42,776 bases of DNA from Candidatus Bathyarchaeia archaeon (GCA_037481775.1 JBBFKZ010000006.1:1-42776); one strand, 5' to 3'; positions 27,724 through 37,469 are shown, numbered from the stretch's first letter. The notes: a model not told the origin generated them from the sequence alone. Translations and numbers: made by a program.

Positions 27724-28521
27724 ATTACACTTAATTTTTGTAATTCCGAATCCTGCTGTTTTGTTTCCTCCTATGTTTGAGTATTCCGCGTATTTCGCCA
27801 GCATAACTGTCACTTTGCTCCATTCGCTTTCCAAATCTTTCATCTCGTAAGCACACCACCCCACAAACCCCACAGCCTTCTTTTCACGCATAACAGCCAA
27901 CCTGGTTCTAAGCTTGTAACCGCAAACCCCAACATTCTTACCCAACCACTCCTTATAAGCCAAAAACTCCTCTTTACCAAAGCGTCTACCATCGCTGAAC
28001 TTGTTCCAAACACGCATCAACCCAGAAAAAATCCTCACGGAGTCGGGAAACATCCAACGATAACTACTACCCAAACAAGGCAAGTAGGTAGGCGTCTCAA
28101 AAACAAGCTTGAACCGCTCAGCCACTTCCGCTTCACGCTCCAAATCCGCGTAGCTTTTACTTTTAATGCTTAAGGAGGCTACGCGAAAAACCGTGTCAAA
28201 AATCATAACGCTATTCTGCCGCTCAAAAAACCTCAAAACGTAACCAGCCAAATCATCCCGCAAAAACCTAAAACCCACGTAACATGGAGAAGCAGGATCC
28301 AAAACAAAGCCATTCTCAACCCGCGAAACACTCCTAAAACGCAAAGGCGTAACACTGTAAGGCTTAGAAACATTCAACTCATGCAAAACACAAGCTGCAC
28401 TAGGATCCACAAGCCTAACAATATGCAGCAACAACCCCCTAGCCACATGCCCAGTAAAAAACGGCAAAACCACACCTTTCTCCCCAAACAACTCCAAACC
28501 AACCTCAACAGGCAAGTCCAC
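27706..28521 (-). CDS. cas6: CRISPR RNA-processing endoribonuclease Cas6
   Basis: KPYSVTPL, FETPT, C-terminal G-rich loop NIGGNKTAGFG. Confidence 0.92.
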   Translation of the reverse strand: MDLPVEVGLELFGEKGVVLPFFTGHVARGLLLHIVRLVDPSAACVLHELNVSKPYSVTPLRFRSVSRVENGFVLDPASPCYVGFRFLRDDLAGYVLRFFERQNSVMIFDTVFRVASLSIKSKSYADLEREAEVAERFKLVFETPTYLPCLGSSYRWMFPDSVRIFSGLMRVWNKFSDGRRFGKEEFLAYKEWLGKNVGVCGYKLRTRLAVMREKKAVGFVGWCAYEMKDLESEWSKVTVMLAKYAEYSNIGGNKTAGFGITKIKCNLSKFC

Positions 28522-28600
28522 TCAACTCCCCAACTGAGATTCACATTATTTATCAAGTAATTAAGGATAAAACATGAATTAAACCTTAAAGATTTTTATG

Positions 28601-28628
28601 TATTCTGTTAGTTGCTGTTAACTAAAAT
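28601..28628. repeat. dif-like site F
   Basis: TATTCTGTTAG-TTGCTG-TTAACTAAAAT; direct repeat of site E (18/20 over TTCYGTTAGTYGCTGTTAAC). Confidence 0.65.
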
Positions 28629-28707
28629 GGCAAAAACAAGCCTTAAATTGTCTAGAAACAGAAAAAGAGGGGATTTTGCGGGAGAAGTCTCCAGTTTGTG
28701 GCGAATT

Positions 28708-28723
28708 CGAAATAATTCCCTAA
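28708..28723 (+). repeat. Putative attR, displaced original 3' end of the radical SAM gene
   Basis: CGAAATAATTCCCTAA encodes EIIP*; 22 nt from the convergent kinase stop codon. Confidence 0.65.
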
Positions 28724-28745
28724 GCTACCAAGCCTTTCCCGTCGT

Positions 28746-30838
28746 TTATTTTCCCTTTAGTTCATTTGAAGCGTTTTGCGCCACAGCTATTGGCAATGGC
28801 GCGTATCCGTTAAAAAGCCATTTGCTTGCCCCTTCATCTTTTTGTTTCGGCTTGGCTGGAATTGTAACGGTGACTATGGTTCCCCTTCTCACGGTGCTCT
28901 TCACGTGAATTTTTCCGCCATGGGCTTCTATTATGCGTCTGCAAATGGGCAAGCCGAAACCCATGCCCTTTGCTTTGGTCGTGAACAGGGGCGTTCCGCC
29001 TTTGATTTCGCTTAGGGTTTCTTTTGACATGCCGGTGCCGGTGTCTCTGAAAGCGATTTCTATTTTGCCTCTCACTTTTCTGCTTGTTACCTTTAAGGTT
29101 CCTCCCCTAGGCATGGCGTCTATGGCGTTTTGGATTATTCTGGCGAAAGCCTCGCGCATTTTTTCCTCGTCAGCCTTAAACTTAAGCCGTGAATTCGTCG
29201 CGTCTATAACACGGATTTTCTTAGGCACCTCTATTGTGGACAGCGCTTTCTGCAAAAGTGCCTTTGGATTGACCCTTATGTATTCAAGTTTTAAATCTTG
29301 CGAGTACTCCAGCAAATCATTTATGATTTTATTTGAATAGCTAATGGCTTTTTCAATGGTTTCAAGCATTTCTTTGCCTTTAGCGCCTAATTCTGGGGTA
29401 CACTTAGTTTTCAAGTAATATGCAGCGCCCATTATTCCTGTTAAAGGATTACGCAAATCATGTCCGAGTATTGCTGCTAATTCGCCAATGGCAGCTAGCC
29501 GCTCAGCTTTAACAAGCTTGGCCTGCGTTTGCTGCAGCTGCCGTGTTCTTTCTTCCACCAGCTGTTCCAGCTTTTCAGAATACTCTTTCAACTTATTCTG
29601 TAACAGCTTCTTTTCAGTAATATCAACTGACAACTCCAAAGCAGCTATAACATTTCCTTCCGCATCCTTAATGGGCGTCGCAATAAGCTCAACCCACATT
29701 GGCCTGCCATCTATACCCGTGAAGGCGTACTCGTGCCTATCAAGGCTTACCCCTTCCTCGAATATTTTCCTCACTCCACAGCCAGGACAGACATGTGTCA
29801 GGTGGTTAAAGGTTGAATAGCAGATTTTGCCTTCACAACCAGGATTACATTGCCGCAGATACCTGTTAACCCATAGAATTCGGTAGTCTCTACTGATGAT
29901 TCCAAGCCCAGCGCCAACGTTCTCCGTAACCGCCTCAAGCGTGTCGCGCTCACGCTTAAGGGCATCCTCAGTTTTTTAAGTTCCTCATATAACCTGCGGT
30001 ATTCTCTTTCTGAAGCCAATAATTTTGCTTCTGCCTTTTTTCGTTCAGTGATGTCTCTTGCAATGCTTAAGATGGCTTGTTTTCCCTGATAGGTCATGAG
30101 GCTGGAGCTGATTTCCATAGGAATTTCTTTTCCATCTTTGGTGATGTGGGTTGTTTCAAAAACCTGTATACGATCAGCAGGCATATTTTTGATTAGATTA
30201 CGAATTTGCTCCCTAGTTAAGCTGCCATCGATGTCCATTGGTTCCATGCGAAGCAGTTCCTCTCTTGAATAGCCGAGAGTCTTAACAGCCGCGTCATTCA
30301 CGTCAACAAATTTGCCATCAAGGCTTATGACCCAAACAGTGTCATTCATTTTATTGATTAGTTCACGGTATTTCTCTTCGCTTTCGTGAATTTGTTTAAC
30401 CTTCTCATTTACGAGTTCTTCCATTTTCTCAGCATATTCCTTTAGTCGCCTTAGATTTTCCTTTCTCCGAGTTATGTCCCTTAAAATGACAACATTAGCC
30501 TCTTGCCCAAAATAATCAATCCTTTTTGCCTTAAGTTCAAAATATCGAGTCTGCCCGTCCTTATCCGTTAAGCTAATTTCGTACGGTTCAATATGCATGC
30601 CTTGCATTCTCTTTCTCAGATTTTCTGCCATACGCGCTTTTATTTCAGGCGTTAAAAAGTTCATTTCCGAATATTTCTTGCCGAGCAGTGCTTTCTTGCT
30701 TAGCCCTGTCAAGTTCTCTACTGCATCATTTACCGCCAAGAAAAACCCTTCTTTGTCAACGACGACCGTTGGATCAGCAAGGAAGTTTAGAAGTGTCATG
30801 AAGTTGCTGCCACTGCTTTCTTGGCAATTACGCGGCAT
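28746..30838 (-). pseudogene. Cytoplasmic multi-PAS histidine kinase split by a 1-nt frameshift
   Basis: Two PAS domains in 29798..30931 and HisKA/HATPase (GHDLRNPL, NAIDAM, DTGTGM, GMGFGL) in 28746..29774. Adding one A to the A6 run at 29972-29977 joins them through a third PAS (EELKK-TEDALKRERDTLEAVTENVGAG...). Confidence 0.85.
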
Positions 30839-31033
30839 ACTTTCCCCAACGTTATTGCAATCTCGATTCTCCGGTATCCAGCGAGATTTAAACAAAAGTA
30901 TCATTACAACAAATAAAGCCTTATGAATCATCCATACAGATCCAGGTTCTCTTAAAGGGGATAACTATGCAAATGCATATTCAAGATTTGGCGCAAACTA
31001 TATCGCTTGACAAAAAGAAGAAAAAAGAAAAAT

Positions 31034-31294
31034 TTAGAGTCTCTTATAAACCACGTCCTTTTCCCTAGCTTGCTGTGCCATCTTCAAGCCTATGCTTTGC
31101 CCCGCTTCAGCTCTTTGAATGTTCTTATGCTCAATTTGCATAGATTCCACGACTTGCTCAAAATCAGTTGACGGCCCCTTAACAAGAATTTTGTCACCTA
31201 CGACTAAGGGCGCTGTTAACTCAACTACGGCAACGCTAATTTTAGAGAAGAAATGAATTATGCGTCCAACCTCGACAATATTTTCCTCACCCAA
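31034..31294 (-). CDS. Small beta-barrel protein (EF-Tu domain II / U32 C-terminal-like)
   Basis: VGRIIHFFSKISVAVVEL...GDKILVKG...VESMQIEHKNIQRAEAGQSIGLK. Confidence 0.8.
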   Translation of the reverse strand: MGEENIVEVGRIIHFFSKISVAVVELTAPLVVGDKILVKGPSTDFEQVVESMQIEHKNIQRAEAGQSIGLKMAQQAREKDVVYKRL

Positions 31295-31582
31295 CTATGT
31301 TCGCCTCTCACTACTATATAACGTGCCAAGCGCATAAAAAACTTGTTTACACCCACATGAATCCGAAGACTCAAATATTAAGCAAACAAAAAAGTGATCT
31401 TCGCAAGCGCCCCACTCCTCCACCTACTTCGTCATATTTGGCGCCTATTAGCAATTCAATGCAGAAACCTATAGAGGGGCTATCACGGTACAGAACGCGT
31501 GCCTGTTTCTAATGGGTAATCCTAAACAAAGCTCATGTAAAATGAACAAAAGCCACATATTATTGTTCACGCATCGGCGCTG

Positions 31583-32959
31583 TTAACTCATAAATTTTTT
31601 AACAGTTTCGTAAAGTACGCTTGCTCCGAAAACAAGATTTTCTATGCTGATGCGCTCGTCTATGGCATGTTCCAGTTTGACCACTTTTCCAGAGACCATC
31701 TCGGGGTACATTGGTTGAAAGCCATAGCACACACTGCCCATTCTTCGGAAGACTCGCGAGTCGGTTCCGCCTGTCATGAGCATCGGTGTTACGCCACAGT
31801 TAGGCGCGAATTCGCGAATCACCGTAGCGATCGCCTCGTAAAGTGGTGTTTCCGTGGGTGATTCTGAAGGCTCCTGCGCTTGTAGCGCTTCAAACTCAAG
31901 TTTCTCCGGGTCAACGGTGTGAAGCAAGTCTTTGATTATTTCCATGGTTTTGGCTGTTTCCTGTCCTGGCAGTATTCTGCAGTCAAATACGGCTTCGCAT
32001 TCGGAGGGGATGACATTTTCTTTAACGCCGCCGCGAATAATCGTTGGCGTGATGGTCATCTTTAAACGTGGTCGAATTTCTTCCGCTAAATACGGCGTTA
32101 TTCGCGATAATTCATCCAGTATTTGGTCGCTTAGCTCGGGATTAGCTATTAACCGTTGAAGTGGCTCCTGTAGCGCCGGATCTTCCTGTGCCATTTGAGC
32201 TATAAAATTCCGTACAGTATGGGTAAGCAGCGTTTGTGGGCGGTAATTCTCTATTTTCGCTATGACTTTGTTAATGCGTAGTATAGCATTGTCTGCCAAG
32301 TTAGGTAGCGAGCCGTGACCAGGTGTGCCCTTAGCTTTAACTTTAAACCATAAAAGTCCCTTCTCGGCAGTTTGCACCGTGAACAAGTTTCTATTCTTGG
32401 TTGGGATTGCGAATCCGCCGCCTTCATTCAGCACGTATGGTGCATAAACCTTCTCAGAATGATGCTGCATAAGGTATTCTGCGCCTAATGCGCCTCCCTG
32501 TTCCTCATCCGCGGTCGCTGCCAAAATCACGTCGCCCTTTAGCTTTACCCCGTTTCGCCTCAGCAGTTTCATGACCATTATTTCCATGGCTGTCATGCTT
32601 TTCATGTCTACTGCACCGCGCCCCCAAACAAAGCCATCTTTGACCACGCCGCCGAATGGGTCGACACTCCACTCTTTTGGGTCAGCGGCAACGACGTCTA
32701 AATGCGAAAGCAGAAGCAAACTTGGCTTTTCGCTTGTTCCTTTCAAGCGAGTAACAACGCTGCCCCGTTTGGGTGCACTCTCAACCAGCTCGCAGTTAAA
32801 GCCGTCTTTTCCAAGTTGCATGGCCACATATTTGGCAGCTGCAATTTCATTTCCAGGCGGGTTAGTAGTGTTTATGCGGATGAGGTTGCTGAGTAAATCG
32901 ACGATTTCTTCCTCAATTTCCTTAAGTAACTGCGCCGGCATCTTCGGTTCACTTGCCAT
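31583..32959 (-). CDS. M20 family metallopeptidase / ArgE-DapE-like hydrolase
   Basis: SHLDVV, GRGAVDMK, ADEE, GHGS, GGTDSR, HAIDERI. Confidence 0.92.
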   Translation of the reverse strand: MASEPKMPAQLLKEIEEEIVDLLSNLIRINTTNPPGNEIAAAKYVAMQLGKDGFNCELVESAPKRGSVVTRLKGTSEKPSLLLLSHLDVVAADPKEWSVDPFGGVVKDGFVWGRGAVDMKSMTAMEIMVMKLLRRNGVKLKGDVILAATADEEQGGALGAEYLMQHHSEKVYAPYVLNEGGGFAIPTKNRNLFTVQTAEKGLLWFKVKAKGTPGHGSLPNLADNAILRINKVIAKIENYRPQTLLTHTVRNFIAQMAQEDPALQEPLQRLIANPELSDQILDELSRITPYLAEEIRPRLKMTITPTIIRGGVKENVIPSECEAVFDCRILPGQETAKTMEIIKDLLHTVDPEKLEFEALQAQEPSESPTETPLYEAIATVIREFAPNCGVTPMLMTGGTDSRVFRRMGSVCYGFQPMYPEMVSGKVVKLEHAIDERISIENLVFGASVLYETVKKFMS

Positions 32960-33111
32960 GAGATTATGGCCGCACATTTCTCTTAAAATTTTCCCGTATC
33001 CGCAGCGCGTTTAGCTGATTGTTTAGAAAATGATGCATTATTACTCTTATTGTAACAAGAAGTTTATATATGAAAACCAAAAATGCTTACTGGTCAATAG
33101 GTTGATCGGAA

Positions 33112-33606
33112 ATGAAGGAACTTAAACAAATAGATTACAAGCTTTTGTTTGAGCTGATGAAAGATTCGCATAGAAGTGATCGACAGTTAGCAAAAGCATT
33201 AGGTGTATCTCAGCCTACTGTAACCCGAAGAAGATCGATGCTTGAGAAAAACTACATTGAAGGATACACGATTATTCCAAAGTTTGGTAAGATCGGATTT
33301 GAGCTTGCGGCATTCACTTTCTTGAAAAGCAAGCAGGGAACAAGCAAAAATGAAGCCCTAAGCAAGATGAAGGAATGGTACCTGAACCAGCCAAACGTCA
33401 TCTTGGTTCAAAGTGGCCAGGGCATGGGCTGGGACACAATTTGCGTTTCTTTGCACAGAAACTACACAGAGTTCGCTGAATTCAAAAGGACCCAGGACGC
33501 TACATTGTCAGAGTGGATAGTTGACAGCCAAACATTTCTCGCCGACCTGACGCCCGGAGTCGCCGTCAAACCTTTCCATCTAAAGTATCTCTCAAACCAA
33601 AAATAA
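33112..33606 (+). CDS. Lrp/AsnC family transcriptional regulator
   Basis: IDYKLLFELMKDSHRSDRQLAKALGVSQPTVTRR...IEGYT. Confidence 0.88.
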   Translation: MKELKQIDYKLLFELMKDSHRSDRQLAKALGVSQPTVTRRRSMLEKNYIEGYTIIPKFGKIGFELAAFTFLKSKQGTSKNEALSKMKEWYLNQPNVILVQSGQGMGWDTICVSLHRNYTEFAEFKRTQDATLSEWIVDSQTFLADLTPGVAVKPFHLKYLSNQK

Positions 33607-33875
33607 ACAGCAATGCTATCTGACCACAGAGCGGTCGCCATCAGCTAAATAGTTCTTTTCTTTTTTTAAGACTTCATCATTTAGTTTTATCATAGGCTGA
33701 GAGCGGCATTCAGATACCTTGCCCACCTAAAAATGACGCCGCGCGCAGTGCGCAGCTGCAATCATGGATCCAAATGTCAGCTTGCAGCGTAGCGTGCTAC
33801 TAAAGGGTGAACATTTATTATATCTTGACTAATTTATTATACACTGCATAGACTTATTTCCAGAGGGCATAGGCA

Positions 33876-34418
33876 ATGGCCAGCGAGCAAGCAACGATTT
33901 CGCATGAGGCTACAAGTTTTAAAGCATCCAAAACGGTTGGTTTAATCTCTGATACGCATGTGCCTACCCGGGCAAAATGCATCCCCAAAACTGTCTTCAG
34001 AATTTTTGAGAACGTTGACTATATTGTACACGCTGGTGACCTTGTCCAGTTGGCTGTAATCGACGAGCTGGAGCAGCTTGCGCCAGTTTTAGCGGTCCAT
34101 GGCAACATGGACGGGCCCGAGGTCAGCGGTGCCTTACCGAAGCTTAATGCGTTGAAAATTTTTGATTGGAAGATAGGCGTCATGCATGACCCACGCACTC
34201 TGTTTGGGATGAGTAAGATGCGGGAGATTGCTAAGCAGAATAATTTTAACGTTTTTGTTTACGGGCATACGCATAATGCCAACATAAAATGGGAAGGAAA
34301 AACCTTGTATATTAACCCGGGCAGCGCAACAAACCCTTTGCCCTTCACGAATAAGCCCTCTGTGGCGCTTTTGAAAGTGACAAAAGAAACGGTAACTCCC
34401 GAAATAATCCAAATCTAA
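33876..34418 (+). CDS. YfcE/Vps29-like metallophosphoesterase
   Basis: ISDTH, HAGD, GNMD, GHTH, NPGS. Confidence 0.92.
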   Translation: MASEQATISHEATSFKASKTVGLISDTHVPTRAKCIPKTVFRIFENVDYIVHAGDLVQLAVIDELEQLAPVLAVHGNMDGPEVSGALPKLNALKIFDWKIGVMHDPRTLFGMSKMREIAKQNNFNVFVYGHTHNANIKWEGKTLYINPGSATNPLPFTNKPSVALLKVTKETVTPEIIQI

Positions 34419-34444
34419 AAAGCAATTTAGCGCGCTGGCTTCGC

Positions 34445-34867
34445 CTAGAGTATCTGCAGGATCTTTAAGTATAATAAAATGCCGAGAAGCATGGTGATTA
34501 GCCATAGCCCTATTGTCACACGCATAGCGCCTTTTTTGGCGAAGCACGTCGTCATATCAGCACGTAGCCGCCAGGAAGCCACAAGCCAGATGCCTAAACC
34601 GTCAGCTGCAATCCCTGTGAACGCATGAGCCATAATAGCCACTGTGATTATGTCAGTAAAATTTGTGCTGACAGCGAAAAGCGAGGCAAAAGACGGAATC
34701 ATCCACACTAATATAAGCACCGTATGCACCGCAACCGCGGCAACCATAGCAAGACCGTGCTGACGAAGCTTCTTTCTCCTCTTGAACGCTAAGCCTGCGA
34801 AAAGCATGCACAACGCTGCAATCTGGAGAAGTAAGCTGACTGTGGCAATGGTTTGGTAATAATCCAT
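34445..34867 (-). CDS. 4-TM membrane protein with conserved histidines (DUF420-like)
   Basis: Four hydrophobic helices; QHGLAM, VHTV, AHAFTG. Confidence 0.7.
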   Translation of the reverse strand: MDYYQTIATVSLLLQIAALCMLFAGLAFKRRKKLRQHGLAMVAAVAVHTVLILVWMIPSFASLFAVSTNFTDIITVAIMAHAFTGIAADGLGIWLVASWRLRADMTTCFAKKGAMRVTIGLWLITMLLGILLYLKILQIL

Positions 34868-35017
34868 TAAAACTTCACTGAACAATTTTTACGTGCTGCA
34901 CGTATAAAAGTTTCACTTTAACTCACCTCTCTCCCCGCCGTCGGAATGTCGTTTCGCAACGAGTTTTAAAAGCAATCTGAGTCATCAATCAGAGACGTTA
35001 AGCACTGGAGGTAAGCG

Positions 35018-35161
35018 ATGTTGGAGCATTGCAGAAATCCTTGGAATGATAAGTGTAAAAGCGAAAACATTAAGCTGTACATCCTCTTTAAAGGAGAAAA
35101 ACTGCCCATCTGCAAGCATTGCTGGAGTCACTTGGCAGACAAGGAAAACTGGGGTGATTAA
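35018..35161 (+). CDS. 47-aa Zn-finger protein (below the ORF-track cutoff)
   Basis: MLEHCRNPWNDKCKSENIKLYILFKGEKLPICKHCWSHLADKENWGD; SD GGAGGT; 3 nt before the next ORF. Confidence 0.75.
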   Translation: MLEHCRNPWNDKCKSENIKLYILFKGEKLPICKHCWSHLADKENWGD

Positions 35162-35164
35162 TGC

Positions 35165-35404
35165 ATGGAGAGTTTCTGTTTAAACAGTGCCAAGTCTTTT
35201 CTGGGGAAAAACGTTAACTTGCATCTTAAAGATGGCACAGTAATAATCAACGTGCGGTTAACAGGTATTCGAAAAAGCGATTTGGGAAAAGAAAGCCTTG
35301 TTGAGTTTGTGCCCTATGGTGGCTGCAAAAGCGGCCAGATACCCTTGAAGCGCATCGCATGGGCTGAACTGCTAAATTTGACAATGCTGCAGACGGCAGA
35401 CTGA
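35165..35404 (+). CDS. Small Sm/LSm-like beta protein
   Basis: FLGKNVNLHLKDGTVIINV resembles Sm1; SD GGGGTGA. Confidence 0.6.
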   Translation: MESFCLNSAKSFLGKNVNLHLKDGTVIINVRLTGIRKSDLGKESLVEFVPYGGCKSGQIPLKRIAWAELLNLTMLQTAD

Positions 35405-35431
35405 AATAGTAGCCAAGCTAAAATACAGTTC

Positions 35432-35857
35432 ATGCACTGCTTACGCTGTGGTATCTGCTGTAAAGAAACAGAGATGTTGCTTACCAACGCGGATATAGAA
35501 CGCCTAGAGCGGAAAGGCTACAGCAAAGATTTCTTCGTTCAGTTTGCCGCGGCGGGCTATGCGAAACTGCGCAACAGGCGCGGATACTGCGTCTTCTACG
35601 ACGCCGAAACAAAGCGCTGCAGCGTCTACAGGGAGCGCCCCTTAGGTTGCCGACTCTATCCAGTAATCTATTTTGAAGGAAAGGGCGTAGATGTTGACAA
35701 CCTCTGCCCCGCAAGAAACAAATGGAACAGGAAGCAAATAGAGAAAAAAAGCGCAAAATTGATGAAACTCATAGAAAAAATAGACTCGGAAGCAAAACAA
35801 AGACGCATAAACATCGCCCTTTCCAACAACACCAATCAACAAACTGGTGACCTCTAA
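35432..35857 (+). CDS. YkgJ-family cysteine cluster (CxxCxxCC) protein
   Basis: CLRCGICC, CVFYD, CSVYRERPLGCRLYP. Confidence 0.9.
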   Translation: MHCLRCGICCKETEMLLTNADIERLERKGYSKDFFVQFAAAGYAKLRNRRGYCVFYDAETKRCSVYRERPLGCRLYPVIYFEGKGVDVDNLCPARNKWNRKQIEKKSAKLMKLIEKIDSEAKQRRINIALSNNTNQQTGDL

Positions 35858-35882
35858 AGGAATCAGATAGAGGATTCCATAA

Positions 35883-36284
35883 CTACTTCCGTTTTTTCCT
35901 TTTTAATATACGTTCAGATCGCTTTTGCTTATATAATTTAGAAATACTCTGGTCAATAAGTACGGTTACTGGAATCAGATTTTGTGGCACATATTCTTTC
36001 AACTCGTCCAAGTTATGTTCGGATACAGCAAATTTTTTCTTTGCTCTTTCCAGCTCTTTTAGGCTATTCAAAAATTTCCTTCTGGTAGTTGCTTTCAGCC
36101 CTCTCATATATTCTGGGCGCATTGTTTTTTCAATGCGATCAAGAAGTGCTCTTGCCGCTTCTACCAATTTATTTATTGTTTTAGCATCTTTTTTAGAAAA
36201 TATCTTGCCTTCATACAACTTTGCGAAGGCAACAAAATCCATGTTAATTCTAATAGTTCCTGCGTCTGTTGCCATATCGCCCAT
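35883..36284 (-). CDS. Hypothetical basic helical protein
   Basis: 133-aa ORF in AT-rich DNA; no motif recognised. Confidence 0.5.
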   Translation of the reverse strand: MGDMATDAGTIRINMDFVAFAKLYEGKIFSKKDAKTINKLVEAARALLDRIEKTMRPEYMRGLKATTRRKFLNSLKELERAKKKFAVSEHNLDELKEYVPQNLIPVTVLIDQSISKLYKQKRSERILKRKKRK

Positions 36285-36380
36285 TTGGGTTATGAAATCA
36301 TGTAAAAAAAGGGATCCAAATCACTCAATTTTTCCATGACACTGCTGCTAGTAAACCTTTTGCATCTCAATTTTCACTTT

Positions 36381-36405
36381 TGGCGCGGTCGCCGGGATTC
36401 AAACC
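36381..36405 (-). repeat. Degenerate copy of the tRNA-Gly 3' end (att site)
   Basis: TGGCGCGGTCGCCGGGATTCAAACC vs TGGTGCGGTCGCCGGGATTTGAACC at 41985-42009 (22/25). Confidence 0.85.
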
Positions 36406-36793
36406 TCTAGCTCTGGTGCGCTCACCTTCTTTTTTGGGTTTACTTTTCATGTGAAGACACCATACTTTATTTTTAATCGGGCTGAAATTAAAGTTGTTTT
36501 CTCGACAAATGACTCCTGCCAACTGCGCCAAAACAACTTAGCTGAACAATATCGTTAATTAACAATGCACCAGAATGAGCCGGGCATGCTTATTACCGCA
36601 AAACATGCCAAAAAACATAGATACTCTTAAAGGCAAAAATCCACATACCGTTTACTACTCATTTAAAACATCATACAACACAACCCACAAGAATCCGTTA
36701 ATTCAGTTTGTAAATCTCATCCTCAAACAACCCCGCCGAATTTAGTTAAAAATAACTTTTTCCAGCAGTTTTGTTCAGGATCGTGATTCCCTA

Positions 36794-37072
36794 TTAGAAT
36801 ATTATGGTTATAGCTTTGATGTTTTCTTTTGCCTTTCTGCAAAGGAGATTTATAAACGCGCCCAGAGTAAGGGCTTCATAATCACTATTTTCCGCCGAAA
36901 CCGTCATATAATCGCCCTTATAAAGACGCACCTTTCCACCGTAGCGGTTATGCGTTAAAACTGTTCCACCACTACTAAACTGCCACGCTCTAACATCAGC
37001 ATTTGTAAAGATGTCCCCCAAGATTTTTCTTATACTAAACCCTTCAGCTGGAACAATAACTATTGTAGGCAA
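36794..37072 (-). CDS. Hypothetical protein
   Basis: 92-aa globular-looking ORF with GGGGGA upstream of the TTG. Confidence 0.55.
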   Translation of the reverse strand: MPTIVIVPAEGFSIRKILGDIFTNADVRAWQFSSGGTVLTHNRYGGKVRLYKGDYMTVSAENSDYEALTLGAFINLLCRKAKENIKAITIIF

Positions 37073-37469
37073 CTATTAAATCCCCCAATTGATCTTACAA
37101 ATCCTTAGAATTTTGATCTTGCGCATTCCAAATCAATATCAGTTATACTGCATAAACAGAACTCTCGTATCATCTCATTGCCAATCACTACGAAAACATC
37201 ATTTGCTGTCCTAATGCGCTCTCCAACATCAAGATCATTGAAAACCCACCAACAATTTGCCAATTTTCTTAATAAACATTCAAAATCTCATAACTGCTAA
37301 TAATTCTCACTTTATTGCAAATCTGGAAATACCCATTTACTAAGAAAGCTTGCTGGGCATTGTAGTAAGCTCGAGCAATAATCACGCGCTTAGACGATTG
37401 CTATGAACCCTAACAAATAACAACAACCATGTTATATTTGATTAATCTTTTCTACGTTCTAATAGCCAT

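Larger units (their letters stand above)
7101..28723. mobile_element. ~21.6 kb integrative element (integrase + primase/helicase replicon + defence cargo incl. CRISPR-Cas) inserted in the 3' end of the radical SAM gene
   Basis: Integrase abuts the left junction. The gene tail C-GAA-ATC-ATC-CCA-TAG (EIIP*, 7101-7116) recurs as C-GAA-ATA-ATT-CCC-TAA (EIIP*, 28708-28723) just before the next host gene. Confidence 0.75.
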
